DNA of 20,104 bases, taken from the NCBI RefSeq assembly GCF_006345805.1, contig NW_021824131.1, positions 1 to 20,104 of the forward strand, read 5' to 3'. Under the pieces are notes generated by a model, which was given only the letters and a program-made list of their open reading frames with translations, was not told where the DNA came from and did no database searches. Position numbers and translations under genes: made by a program. Origin of the DNA: Octopus sinensis. Its lineage: Eukaryota. Positions 10,345 to 20,104 of this stretch are shown here, one piece after another (position 1 is the stretch's first letter; every line of letters begins with the position of its first letter).

Positions 10345-10650
10345 CGACAGGCTTCTTTCAGTTTCCGTCTACCAAATCCACTCACAAGGCATTGGTAGGC
10401 CCGGGGCTATAGCAGAAGACACTTGCCCAAGGTACCATCTCGCAGTGGGACTAAACCCGGAACCATGTGGTTGGTTAGCAAGCTACTTACCACACAGTCA
10501 CTCCTGCGCCTATGTGGATTTTTTGATTTACAGTCAGGTGCAATAGGTACTTCGAAGGTTAAATAGTGAATCACCTTTTTGAATATCTGAATGCATAAAT
10601 ATTATTTAAGAGAATTTTCAGTAAGTCTTACATGTCTGTTTAGTTTGTTT
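9944..10650 (+). repeat. Diverged direct repeat of about 100 bp (9944-10052 and 10554-10650) flanking a SINE
   Basis: Both copies share GAAGGTTAAATA...GCATAAATAT...TTTAAGAGAATTTTCAG(G/T)AAGT...CATGTCTGTTT. Confidence 0.75.
10053..10511 (-). mobile_element. tRNA-derived composite SINE, family B, full length with (AGAGTAA)n-like tail
   Basis: Minus-strand head AGGCGCAGGAGTGACTGTGTGGTAAGTAGC...GGTTCCGGGTTTAGTCCC, an internal (TA)n/(TG)n spacer, and a tail ending GACTGAAACAAGTAAAAGAGTAAAAAGAG. Nearly colinear with 11390-11766. Confidence 0.92.
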
Positions 10651-10858
10651 GTATAGGGATTTTCGATTTACTGTCATCTGCAAGTGGTACTGCTTGGTAT
10701 ATTTATGTTTTAGACAGGGAAATAACACTTTCCCACATACAGAAACCCATCTACTGACATGTGTTTGCGCAGATAAATGTATGATCGTTGTCTATGTTTC
10801 GGTACACGTGTATGTATGAAGGTTGTCTATCTGTCTGTACATGTGTATGATTGTTTAT

Positions 10859-11014
10859 CTTTGTGATGCAATACTGGGACCAGGCACGAGATTGAAGAAT
10901 CTTAAATGAATCTGTTGCCATTTGAAGCCTTGATGATATTTCGTCATCCAAGGAACAAAAGCGGTCAAGTGTGCTGCCCAGGGAGACAAACTTAGCTACC
11001 ATTTTCTTCAACTG
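10859..11014 (-). mobile_element. RTE-clade LINE reverse-transcriptase C-terminal fragment
   Basis: QLKKMVAKFVSLGSTLDRFCSLDDEISSRLQMATDSFKILQSRAWSQYCITK matches the RTE motif F.YLGS.....slD.EI..Ri.kA..aF..L..rvW. Confidence 0.8.
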
Positions 11015-11389
11015 AGCTAGATGGCTCCCTAACGCAAGCCGGAACATTACTGCAGTTTGGTTCATATGTAACAGCATGCTATTGTTTTATTTTAAGCCGA
11101 AATTATCCCTGATAAAACAGACGGGAAGTAAGTGGGCAGATGGTCGACCAACCAGATATGACTCATATCAATTCTTCCTATTATTCAGCATTCATATTTA
11201 GTAGACGAGTACACGTTCCAATTCTATAAAATACCACTAAATGTGGTCTTCTCTTAAAACTACGTGGATTGTCTGAGGGGTAGGTCGGATCGACATTCTA
11301 GAAATAGCCACCATATCTTCCTCAAAAGATAACAGCCATATTGATAACGGAAAGATTTATTGAATTATATACACATATACCTGCAGGAT

Positions 11390-11766
11390 GCTAACCAACC
11401 ACATGGTTCCGGGTTCAGTCCCACTGCGTGGCACCTTGGGCAAGTGTCTTCTGCTATAGCCTCGGGCCGACCAATGCCTTGGGAGTGGATTTGGTAGACG
11501 GAAACTGAAAGAAGCCCGTCGCATATATGTATAGATATATATGTGTGTGTATGTTTGTGTGTCTGTGTTTGTCCCCCCAACATTGCTTGACAACCGATGC
11601 TGGTGTGTTTACGTCCCCGTTACTTAGCGGTTCGGCAAAAGAGACCGATAGAATAAGTACTGGGCTTACAAAAGAATAAGTACCGGGTTCGAGTTGCTCG
11701 ACTAAAGGCGGTGCTCCAGCATGGCCGCAGTCAAATGACTGAAACAAGTAAAAGAGTAAAGAGTAT
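11390..11766 (+). mobile_element. SINE family B, slightly 5'-truncated, inverted relative to 10053-10511
   Basis: CTAACCAACCACATGGTTCCGGGTTCAGTCCCACTGCGTGGCACCTTGGGCAAGTGTCTTC...GCAGTCAAATGACTGAAACAAGTAAAAGAGTAAAGAGTA. Confidence 0.92.
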
Positions 11767-12339
11767 ACATTATGGTTGCATAGAAAAGAAGTGCTGGTTA
11801 CAAATGAAACACCTTTGATCAAGGAATGAATATCAACAACAACCGATAATGATTAGAAATTGTGAAAAAAAATATAAGCATGGATCTACAGAACCTTAAA
11901 ATTGTACGAATAATTAAAAAGAAAAGAGTATAAAATTCGCAACATAATAACCGTGTATATGATGCAATGTTTGAGATCTGAGGTTTTGAGATTCGAAATT
12001 TTTTTATTTTATCTTATTAAAAATGTTTTAACTGCATGAATATAATTTCACAAAACGATTTTACAAAAACTGATTTATACAAGTATTATATAATGATACG
12101 TAACTGAAGTATTGTTAATTCACATGTGACTAATTAAGTATTTTTTTTTTTATAAATGTTAATTAATTTTCATTTTTTTTTTTTTCATTCTTCTCTTTCT
12201 TTAATTACAGATGAGATTGGAGTAATCACTGCAGATGCATAAGTGCAGAAATCACTGAAGTAAATTCCGGAGATGTGCTGTTCCATCGCGTATAAGATCG
12301 ACTGAAATTAAGCGTATACCCATCATATACATAGCCATA

Positions 12340-12736
12340 TACGTATATATATATATATATGTGTGTATATGCATATGTATATACATATATATATATATAT
12401 TATATATATATATATATATATTTATATATACATATACGTATATATGTGTATGTATACATATACGTATATATGTGTATGTATATATATATGTACTATATAT
12501 ATATTTAATATATACATATACGTATATATGTGTATGTTATATAGATATATATATGTATATATATATATATTTATATATACATATACGTATATATGTGTAT
12601 GTATCTATATTTGTATATATGTATATATATATGTATATATATATGTATATATATATATGTATATATATGTATATGTATATATATATGTGTATATATATAT
12701 ATATGTATATATATATAATGTATAATATATGTATAT

Positions 12737-12803
<67 letters not shown>

Positions 12804-12815
12804 GTATATATATGC
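12340..12815. repeat. (TA)n-rich tract with a 23-nt unit ACATATACGTATATATGTGTATG repeated four times
   Basis: Exact unit at 12430-12452, 12456-12478, 12514-12536 and 12579-12601. Confidence 0.9.
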
Positions 12816-12929
12816 ATATCGAAATCTTCAGGAACAACAAAAGCACGTTGAAAAGAGAGAGAAAAAAAACATCGAGAAAAGAAAAAAATGATGGCGGAAA
12901 TGTAATCGAGGACACAACAACAGCGTCAT

Positions 12930-13016
12930 GAACATCATCAACTACAACACAAACAACAACAACAATGATGTCAATAATACACGTTAAAAATAATAATAAT
13001 AATTATAATAATAATA

Positions 13017-13049
<33 letters not shown>

Positions 13050-13085
13050 AACAACAATAATAATAATTATAATGAATGTAATATT
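12930..13085. repeat. (AAC)n/(AAT)n trinucleotide tract
   Basis: Seen directly in the sequence. Confidence 0.9.
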
Positions 13086-13259
13086 AATATTGGCGATTAT
13101 TATCGAAATATATAAAAAAAGGTCATACAATTTATAATCATCTTTTCGAAAAAAAAAATATATATAAACAAATAAAATTCATGAAAAATTATTACAATGA
13201 AGGACATGAATTCATTTTTACCGGATGTGGTCAAAATGAATATATAAATATACGTGTGT

Positions 13260-13278
13260 ATAGATGTATATGTAGAGC

Positions 13279-13315
<37 letters not shown>

Positions 13316-14890
13316 TATTATATTATATTATATTATATTATATTGTATATATATTTTCTTTTAATATGTAATATATAATATAGGTGTGTGTGTCTGTGTA
13401 TATTTATTACATCTATACGCTATGTGTAATATATGTATGCATGTATATGTATAAATCTATATTGTATATATTATTATATATATATATATATAAATATATG
13501 TATGTATTTATGGATATGTATGTATATATATATGTATTTATATGTATATATATATGATTATATGCAATTATATGTAAACATGTATGTGCATATACATGCT
13601 TATGTATGTAGATATATATATACATATATATATTCATACTCACACGAATATGTATAAATTCAAATCTACATGTATAGATAATATATATATGTATATATAT
13701 GTATGTATGTGTGCATGTATATATATATATATATACATAGTGTGCGCATGTGTGTGTTTGCATGTACGCGTGTGTGCGTGAATATATATATGTATGTATA
13801 AATATATATTTATGTATGTATATGTATATATATATATTTATATATTCATGTATATACATATATATATGCATATATACATACATATATATTGGTGTATATG
13901 TATACATATATTTGTGTGTCTGTACGTGAATATGTGAGTATGTATGCTTCGATATACATATGCATGTATGCATTTAGTCAAATATATAATGTCATTTGCC
14001 TATTGTATACATATACATCTCTGCGCATATATACCTGTATATATATATATATGCATATGTATATTTATATATATACAGATATATATACATATATGTGTGT
14101 GTATATATATGAGTGTAATTGTATTAACGTATATATGTATATATAGTTTAGTTTTATACGCATATTCATAATTATATATATAAAAATATATTTGTAAATA
14201 TATACATTATGTATGTGTATATTTTCATATATATATGTATATATAAATGTATATGTATTTATGTATTTATATGTACACATACATTTATATATACATATAC
14301 GTACATATATATATATAGCTATATAGTTATTTATATTTATTTGATATACATATGTGTGTATATATATAGCATATCTTTATCTAAATATCTATAAATATAT
14401 ATATATAGAAGAATGTGTATATGTAATTAAAGATATTACATATATGCATTCATGTATATATATGTTTGTGTATATGCAATTGTGTATATATATATATAGA
14501 TACATATATATGTGTGTGTATATATACATGTATACATATTTCTATCTATATATACATATATATATATATATAATATTATATATATATATGCATATCTATA
14601 TTTGTGTCTATATTATAATAATATATATAATATATATATTCGTATGTTTATAATTTGTATATATAGATATCGTATATGATTTTATGCATATATGTATTTA
14701 TATATGTATATATAATTCTACACATTTATTTATATACATATAATTTTATATTATATATATATCCATATATATATACACATATTCATATATGTATATATAT
14801 ATAGTTACATACGTATATATATGTGTGTATATATGCATGTGTGTGTATATATATATGTATATGTATATATATGTATATATATATAGATTG
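13260..14890. repeat. About 1.6 kb degenerate TA/TG/CA low-complexity tract, including (ATATT)n near 13311-13345
   Basis: Seen directly; all ORFs here are Y/I/M/C/H-rich artefacts. Confidence 0.95.
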
Positions 14891-15147
14891 ATCACATAAC
14901 TAGTCAAAAGAAAACTCATTAACCATACCATTGTAGGGAAGTACAGAGATTTACAGAGAAAAAATATATTTGTTAAGATTATAGAGATTATATAGCAGCG
15001 GAGATATTAATAAACGACACAAATAAAAACAACAATATTAATTATTATGAATTTAAAAATATATTCTTAATCATACGAAAATCGAAAAATGCTAAAATTA
15101 GATTAAAAAATTATTTAAATACAATTACACGTTATGTGATTTAATAT

Positions 15148-15151
15148 AATG

Positions 15152-15205
<54 letters not shown>
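15148..15205. repeat. (AAT)n microsatellite
   Basis: Seen directly in the sequence. Confidence 0.97.
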
Positions 15206-15208
<3 letters not shown>

Positions 15209-15444
15209 TAATTGTAATATTATAATGATGATAATTATCTTAATAATACATCAGTGTAACGTTAATACTGTAAATATTTCATTTCATTATGATTTTTACT
15301 AAAATAAACCTATATTTTCCTAAAAGAATTTTCTGCCTTAGTAGTTGTCTTTTTTCTTTTGTTTCAGTCTTAAAGATGGGAGTTTGATGAAATCGCTTCA
15401 GCACCGTACTCGAAGTCTTAAAATATTGACTCTTTATATTATTT

Positions 15445-15590
15445 GTGTCAGTCATTGATCAATGGCTATGTTGGGGCTCTCTGTTTAATGTATTTCAGTC
15501 CTTATTTAAATTCTAGTAAATACCTACTCAATCTGAGTTTTTACCGAACTGCTAAATAACGGGGATATAAACAAACTGACACCGGCTTTT
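15445..15590 (-). mobile_element. Highly diverged SINE family B-related 3' fragment
   Basis: TGTGTCAGTCATTGATCAATGGCTATGTTGGGGC...CCGAACTGCTAAATAACGGGGATATAAACAAACTGACACCGG parallels 10113-10268. Confidence 0.6.
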
Positions 15591-16162
15591 AAGAAAAGGA
15601 ATACACTAAGAAACAGGCACATGCACATCCATACAGATATATGTGTATATATAAAAAATATATATATATATATATAATTCCAATACATGTGTATATTTAG
15701 GGCTAAAAACCATTATGTGGACAGCCATATGCTAGAAGTAGATCACATACGATCTAACTACAAAGAAAGAGTGTTCTCCAGAGAAAATTCAGCGAACACA
15801 AGAACATAGGCGGGCAAGACAGTTGAAAATTATATAAAAATCAGGAATTAATCGTATACCGATTTCGTCTATTACCGAATAAACTACTTACGTAATCCTT
15901 CGTCCGTAGATTCATCAGTACGATCGTTCCAAAAACAATATAATTTGTAAAACTAACCACTAGTTTTCAGTATAAGACCAGATACGTGCTTAGTTCTACC
16001 AATTACATTGGGGTTAATTTCAAATAGCGCGCTAAATTCCGAAAACAATTCTGCAGTAAATAATTCACTGCAGTTAATGTTGCCTATTAGAGAACATAAT
16101 TATTTTAACATTTAAATAATGAGGGAGATAAATTGAATATTAATTTAATTAATATCAATTTA

Positions 16163-16300
16163 AAACCAAGACCTTCAATCAGGTGGGAAGATGATTTAAG
16201 AAAAATGTTTGGAACAGAGTGGAGGAGAATGGCAAGAACAGAAGGCGAATGGACCGAAAGCTGTGGCCAGCGGAGCCGACTCTGCACCAGACAGCATGGG
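16163..16300 (+). mobile_element. RTE-type LINE ORF C-terminal fragment
   Basis: KPRPSIRWEDDLRKMFGTEWRRMARTEGEW matches the RP..RW.DD.....G..W...A.dR..W motif at the end of RTE-type ORFs. Confidence 0.65.
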
Positions 16301-16480
16301 GTCAATAAAGTACCAGTTGAGCACAGGGTTCGATGTGATAGCTTCTCCCTCACTTCAAAACTGCTGACCTTGTGCCAAAATTAGAAGTATAATGTGCTCA
16401 CCTTTCATATTTTTATGGTCGATAAAATAAAATACTTGGCAAGTCCCGGAGCCGATATAATCAACTATAAGCCCCCCATT
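16298..16480 (+). mobile_element. Two degraded SINE family A 3' halves
   Basis: GGGTCAATAAAGTACCAGTTGAGCACAGGGTTCGATGTGAT...CTTGTGCCAAAATTAGAA, then CCTTTCAT...GGTCGATAAAATAAAATAC...CGATATAATCAACT. Compare 165-257. Confidence 0.6.
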
Positions 16481-16740
16481 ATTTGAAACCTGATGTTATG
16501 TGGGAAATCGGTATTATTGTATCGTCTTGAAATTCTTTCGACATCAAATTTCAGTCAATTACTGGGGTCTGTTTGTTACTTTATACCTATGTACCAATGT
16601 TAGAAATCAATATTTATTGATTTCTTGTTGCTTATTCATAGTTCATCCTTGATTGAACAGACCCATGATCAAAGTTTTCCAGCCATGACTATTTCTTCTT
16701 TTCATCCAGATATATTCAGGTTCCTTTTTCTATTCTGAAG

Positions 16741-16802
16741 TATGGCTTCGAGTTCATTATGCAAAACAGATCGTTATGGTGAACAGAACGTTGGGGACAA
16801 AA
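16741..16802 (+). CDS. Candidate exon (62 nt), possibly a first coding exon, product unknown
   Basis: Acceptor gttcctttttctattctgaag|T and donor AAA|gtgagt. Two open frames: ATG at 16742 gives MASSSLCKTDRYGEQNVGDK; the other gives WLRVHYAKQIVMVNRTLGTK. Confidence 0.3.
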
Positions 16803-17469
16803 GTGAGTAAAATAGGTTCTGAGAGAAATCGATGGGGCCCGATACAAGTTCCAGTTTCTGAGAGTTTATTAATTGAAAGAAAAATGCATTCAAACCGAGT
16901 GAGTTACAGTATTATTTAAATCTGTCTATAATCTGAATTTCGATTGTTACATATGTTATCTAATATATAACAACACGCGCCAGTGTAATTTTATAATGTG
17001 AACTGTCTACACAAATTCATCGGAAAGAAAATCAAAGTTTAAAAAAAATACAGGGAAATGGTCGTGATTTTTATTAGCAATGTTACTGGAAAAATATTAT
17101 ATTTCATTCAAATCCCACGAATGATGATCAAAGTAATATAATATTTTAATAATATTTTAAGTCGTTTAGTAACTGACAGTACATAACTTTCATCTCAGTT
17201 TTGATGAAGCAAATTCTCAGGTGAATTGGTGCAAAGACATTAGGGTGTCTGATAAAGTAATTAAAGACTCTAATAAGAAAACAATGACTTGGTGCTAAAT
17301 CACAGAAGTATCTCTCCCACACCCTTTTCTAACATTCTTGAACTCACCTAACGTTGGTCTCATATATCCCTTACTAGCTTACAAAACAACATATTCTGTT
17401 TCTTTTCTAAACACAAATTTCTTTTTAACTATAGTTCGTTTTTGTCAACCAGTATGTAATTATAATTTC

Positions 17470-18330
17470 AAACTTCGCCCTGGAAACTAGTCTCCATTCA
17501 AATATGGATTTCTCTCTCTCCTTAATATTCACCCCTCTCATCAACCTCCTCTAAATTCTCCTCTTACCTCTACCTCTCTATGGAATCCTTCAGCCATCAG
17601 CGACTGTTCAACATTTCTCGTCCTATATCTATTAGTCTGTCCTTGTTTCACCCTTTGTTGAAATTATTCAACTTCGGTGACTTCAATTTCCACAGCGTTT
17701 ACTGAATCTCAAACTCCGATGCTTTTACTGTTCGCCAGTCTGTGTGTTGGTCACCTCAAGCGCCTGAGGATAACTCTCAGAAGCGCTAGAGCCGCGCGGA
17801 AGGGAGACGAATCATCTCATCCATTGTAGCCCCTAGTTGGCGGATATAGCGTTCCACCATCTCAGCCAGAGATGTTCTACAGATTCCGCCTCCTCGTTAC
17901 AGAGTCTACATTGATCTCTGTCGCTGCGTCCTACCATCTTTTGCCACCGCCTGAGTGCCGGATGATGACCACCACTACAGAAGTGTATCATGTCTGGGAA
18001 GTCTGCCTTCGAGAGGGCTGCCTCGGTTCTTTCATCCGGCTTCTTCGTGAAGGCTTCTTTCAGACGGGGGTGTTGAATTGGCGTTGGCTGGAACTTTCGA
18101 TGAATAACCGCATGACGAATGGCTGTATCGATGGCAGCATCCGGATGCTTTTACTGTTGCTGTAATTTTCTATCCTTTACAGTAATTAACTCTCGATCCC
18201 GCCGAAGCATACTGCTGTTCTTTCAACAATGCAGGGACGTCAGATGGGCCCTGAGCTCCCAGCTAGTTAAGCCTGCACATTTCACCACTATTCCATTGCC
18301 ACGAGATTTGAAGAGATATCTGTACATTTA
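17470..18330 (+). mobile_element. Old LINE AP-endonuclease relic, split by the insertion at 17733-18143
   Basis: LFNFGDFNFHSVY*IS with GDFN at 17676-17687, and a LALETS-like motif near 17475. The sequence resumes after the duplicated 15-mer. Boundaries are approximate. Confidence 0.45.
17733..18143 (-). mobile_element. 5'-truncated LINE 3' end (I/Ingi/R1-like, C-terminal zinc-knuckle) with 15-bp target-site duplication
   Basis: Minus frame: ...DMIHFCSGGHHPALRRWQKMVGRSDRDQCRLCNEEAESVEHLWLRW (CRLC at 17910-17899), then frameshifted ERYIRQLGATMDEMIRLPS/ALALLRVILRRLR* (stop 17753-17751) and a short CAACAC tail. Identical GATGCTTTTACTGTT at 17718-17732 and 18144-18158. Confidence 0.85.
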
Positions 18331-18869
18331 AATATCAATTCCACACGCTTGTACGACATGTATAGCACCCACTCCTCCCGCAAAATCTGATATCCAGTGA
18401 TAAAACCACGACAAAATGACTGGGTGATTGTGGAGTTCACATGTTTTATTATCCCGGAGTTTAGCCTCTCCAGTGGTTTCATATTAGAGTGCCCTTCTCC
18501 CAGTCTTTGCCCAATCAAAGGCTAACTGCAAGGCAGCAGTGAAGGATTTGTATTCGGAGCTACCTCCTCCTAGACAGATTGCCTTCCCGCGGCCTTATTA
18601 AACTTAGGAGCTCCATCTATTCCTTTAACTACACCAACAAATACACGCAAATCAAATAAAATAAAAGAACTAAAAATATCAATATGTATATATATAAAAT
18701 ATTCGTTCCCTCAAAGACGAAAAAAGCACGTACACCCAATATGCACACATATATTCAGAAATTAAAAATGTAAATAAATATATATAAATATATATACACA
18801 CACACAAACGCCCAACACTCACACACAGTTCACCACATCAATCATGCACCTGGCGCACACATCCACAGT

Positions 18870-19520
18870 TCAGCCAACTATATACATATATACATATAAT
18901 AAATGGATGGCCGTTGATTCTGTAGAGTTCTTCCGCCCTTTTACAGATCTTGTTTTTAGTTCTGCAGTGTGTTCGATACACGCCCTCTTCACCAAGTGGA
19001 ATTGGTGGGGAAGCCGGTTTAGTCCCCGATGACCCGACCATGCGACAAGTAGTACAGGGTTGCATGGTTGTTGGCATCTTTTTTTGTCTCAGGAGAAAAT
19101 GGAGTTGCGCATAAACTAATACAGTCTGGTTTTTACATTTCATGTCCTCTCCAGTTTTGCGTAGGCCTGGGCTAGATGTAAGAAAATCCTGGGTAGCCCA
19201 ATCGTTAGGATTCCTCTCCCGACCTTGCTAACGTGGTGCAAAGGAGTGCAGAGCATTACGTTTGGCACCAGCTTGGTTGCGGGAGCTGCCGGAAGAGTGT
19301 CGAGTCGAACACTAAACCACCTACGAGGCTCCACTCCGGATTTCTTTGAAGGTTGTCTCCTTTCCGTAAACCTGAATAGGGGCCCATACCGGGTACTGTC
19401 AGCCGGAGCAAGCTAAGCCCGGGACTCGTGTCAGGCGGGGTCGTCACTCTCTGAAGTAGTGAAGAAAATCGCTACCCACTACCTGGTAGGTTACATGGTA
19501 CCAGTAGCATAAACGACCTG
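18870..19520 (-). mobile_element. GC-richer segment, probably the 5' UTR region of an RTE-like LINE
   Basis: Complex, CpG-retaining sequence bounded by microsatellites, with no long ORF. The family assignment rests only on my recollection of similar repeats. Confidence 0.35.
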
Positions 19521-19661
19521 ACGTATGTATGTATGTATGTATGTATGCATGTATGTATGTGTTTGTATGTATGTATATGTATGTATGTACGTATATATAT
19601 ATAAAGATATGTATGTATATGTATGTATATGTGTGTTTGAGTGTGTGCATTATATATGTAT

Positions 19662-19747
<86 letters not shown>

Positions 19748-19800
19748 GTGTGTATATACATATATTTATATATCATACATTGCATATATATTATATATAT
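19520..19800. repeat. (TATG)n, (GATA)n (about 19665-19746) and (TA)n microsatellites
   Basis: Seen directly in the sequence. Confidence 0.96.
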
Positions 19801-20104
19801 GTAATATTCAATTATATCAATATGTAAATTTACTAATATAGTTTATACCACTCACAAACTCACACACGCAAATATATATATATATATATATATATATTTG
19901 TAAAAAATGAAGTTCGAAAATGCTGCTGTATTATACAATTTTAATTTTATATATACATTATAACATGTTTCAGTTCTTGAAATGAACCTTATCAAAAAAG
20001 TTATATATAAAAAAAGACAGCTCATGCCGTCAAACACAAGAAAATTCATTTATAATACACAACGGAGTCAGACATCTTAGAGTTCATGTATAGTTGATAT
20101 ATAG

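Noticed and set aside
9997-11822. Near-identical peptides on opposite strands (…SPVLILSVSFAEPLS.GDVNTPASVVKQC, …IAEDTCPR…)
   Set aside because: They are chance translations of the two SINE B copies, not duplicated genes.
12211-12300. Strong plus-strand acceptor at 12210/12211, and an alternative minus-strand reading [31 protein letters not shown]
   Set aside because: All plus frames stop within 11 codons with no clear donor, and the minus-strand donor is weak. The strand cannot be resolved from sequence alone.
15345-15450. Strong-looking acceptor ttttcttttgtttcag| at 15367/15368
   Set aside because: It resembles the antisense SINE B tail (cttttacttgtttcagtc), and no good donor follows.
15895-15925. 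Second CTGATGA on the minus strand (CTGATGA-ATCTACGGAC-GAAG)
   Set aside because: Stem II is only 2 bp, GAAG replaces GAAA, and no stems I or III are found. The 7-mer is expected by chance at this scale.
17872-18165. 97-aa plus-strand ORF
   Set aside because: It is the antisense shadow of the LINE ORF on the minus strand.

Overview
AT-rich eukaryotic intron-like or intergenic DNA, full of microsatellites ((TA)n, (GATA)n, (TATG)n, (AAT)n) and decayed mobile elements. The tRNA-headed SINE families and the repeat landscape look like an octopus (coleoid cephalopod) genome; this is an inference from recalled repeat families. Almost every ORF in the supplied track is a translation of simple repeats. 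Best-supported elements: (1) an internally deleted Tc1/mariner element of the DD37D (maT) type with both TIRs and TA flanks (8265-9123); (2) a 5'-truncated LINE 3' end with a CCHC-type motif, flanked by a perfect 15-bp target-site duplication and nested in an older LINE endonuclease relic (17733-18143); (3) a Penelope-like GIY-YIG relic (6148-6400); (4) two RTE-type reverse-transcriptase fragments; (5) at least three SINE families, including a closely spaced inverted pair. A few short plus-strand segments have good splice signals and may be exons of a large-intron gene, but I cannot identify a product. I see no convincing intact novel system. The most interesting leads are a degenerate hammerhead-like motif, the inverted SINE pair as a possible ADAR substrate, a duplicated putative non-coding exon, and the candidate exons.
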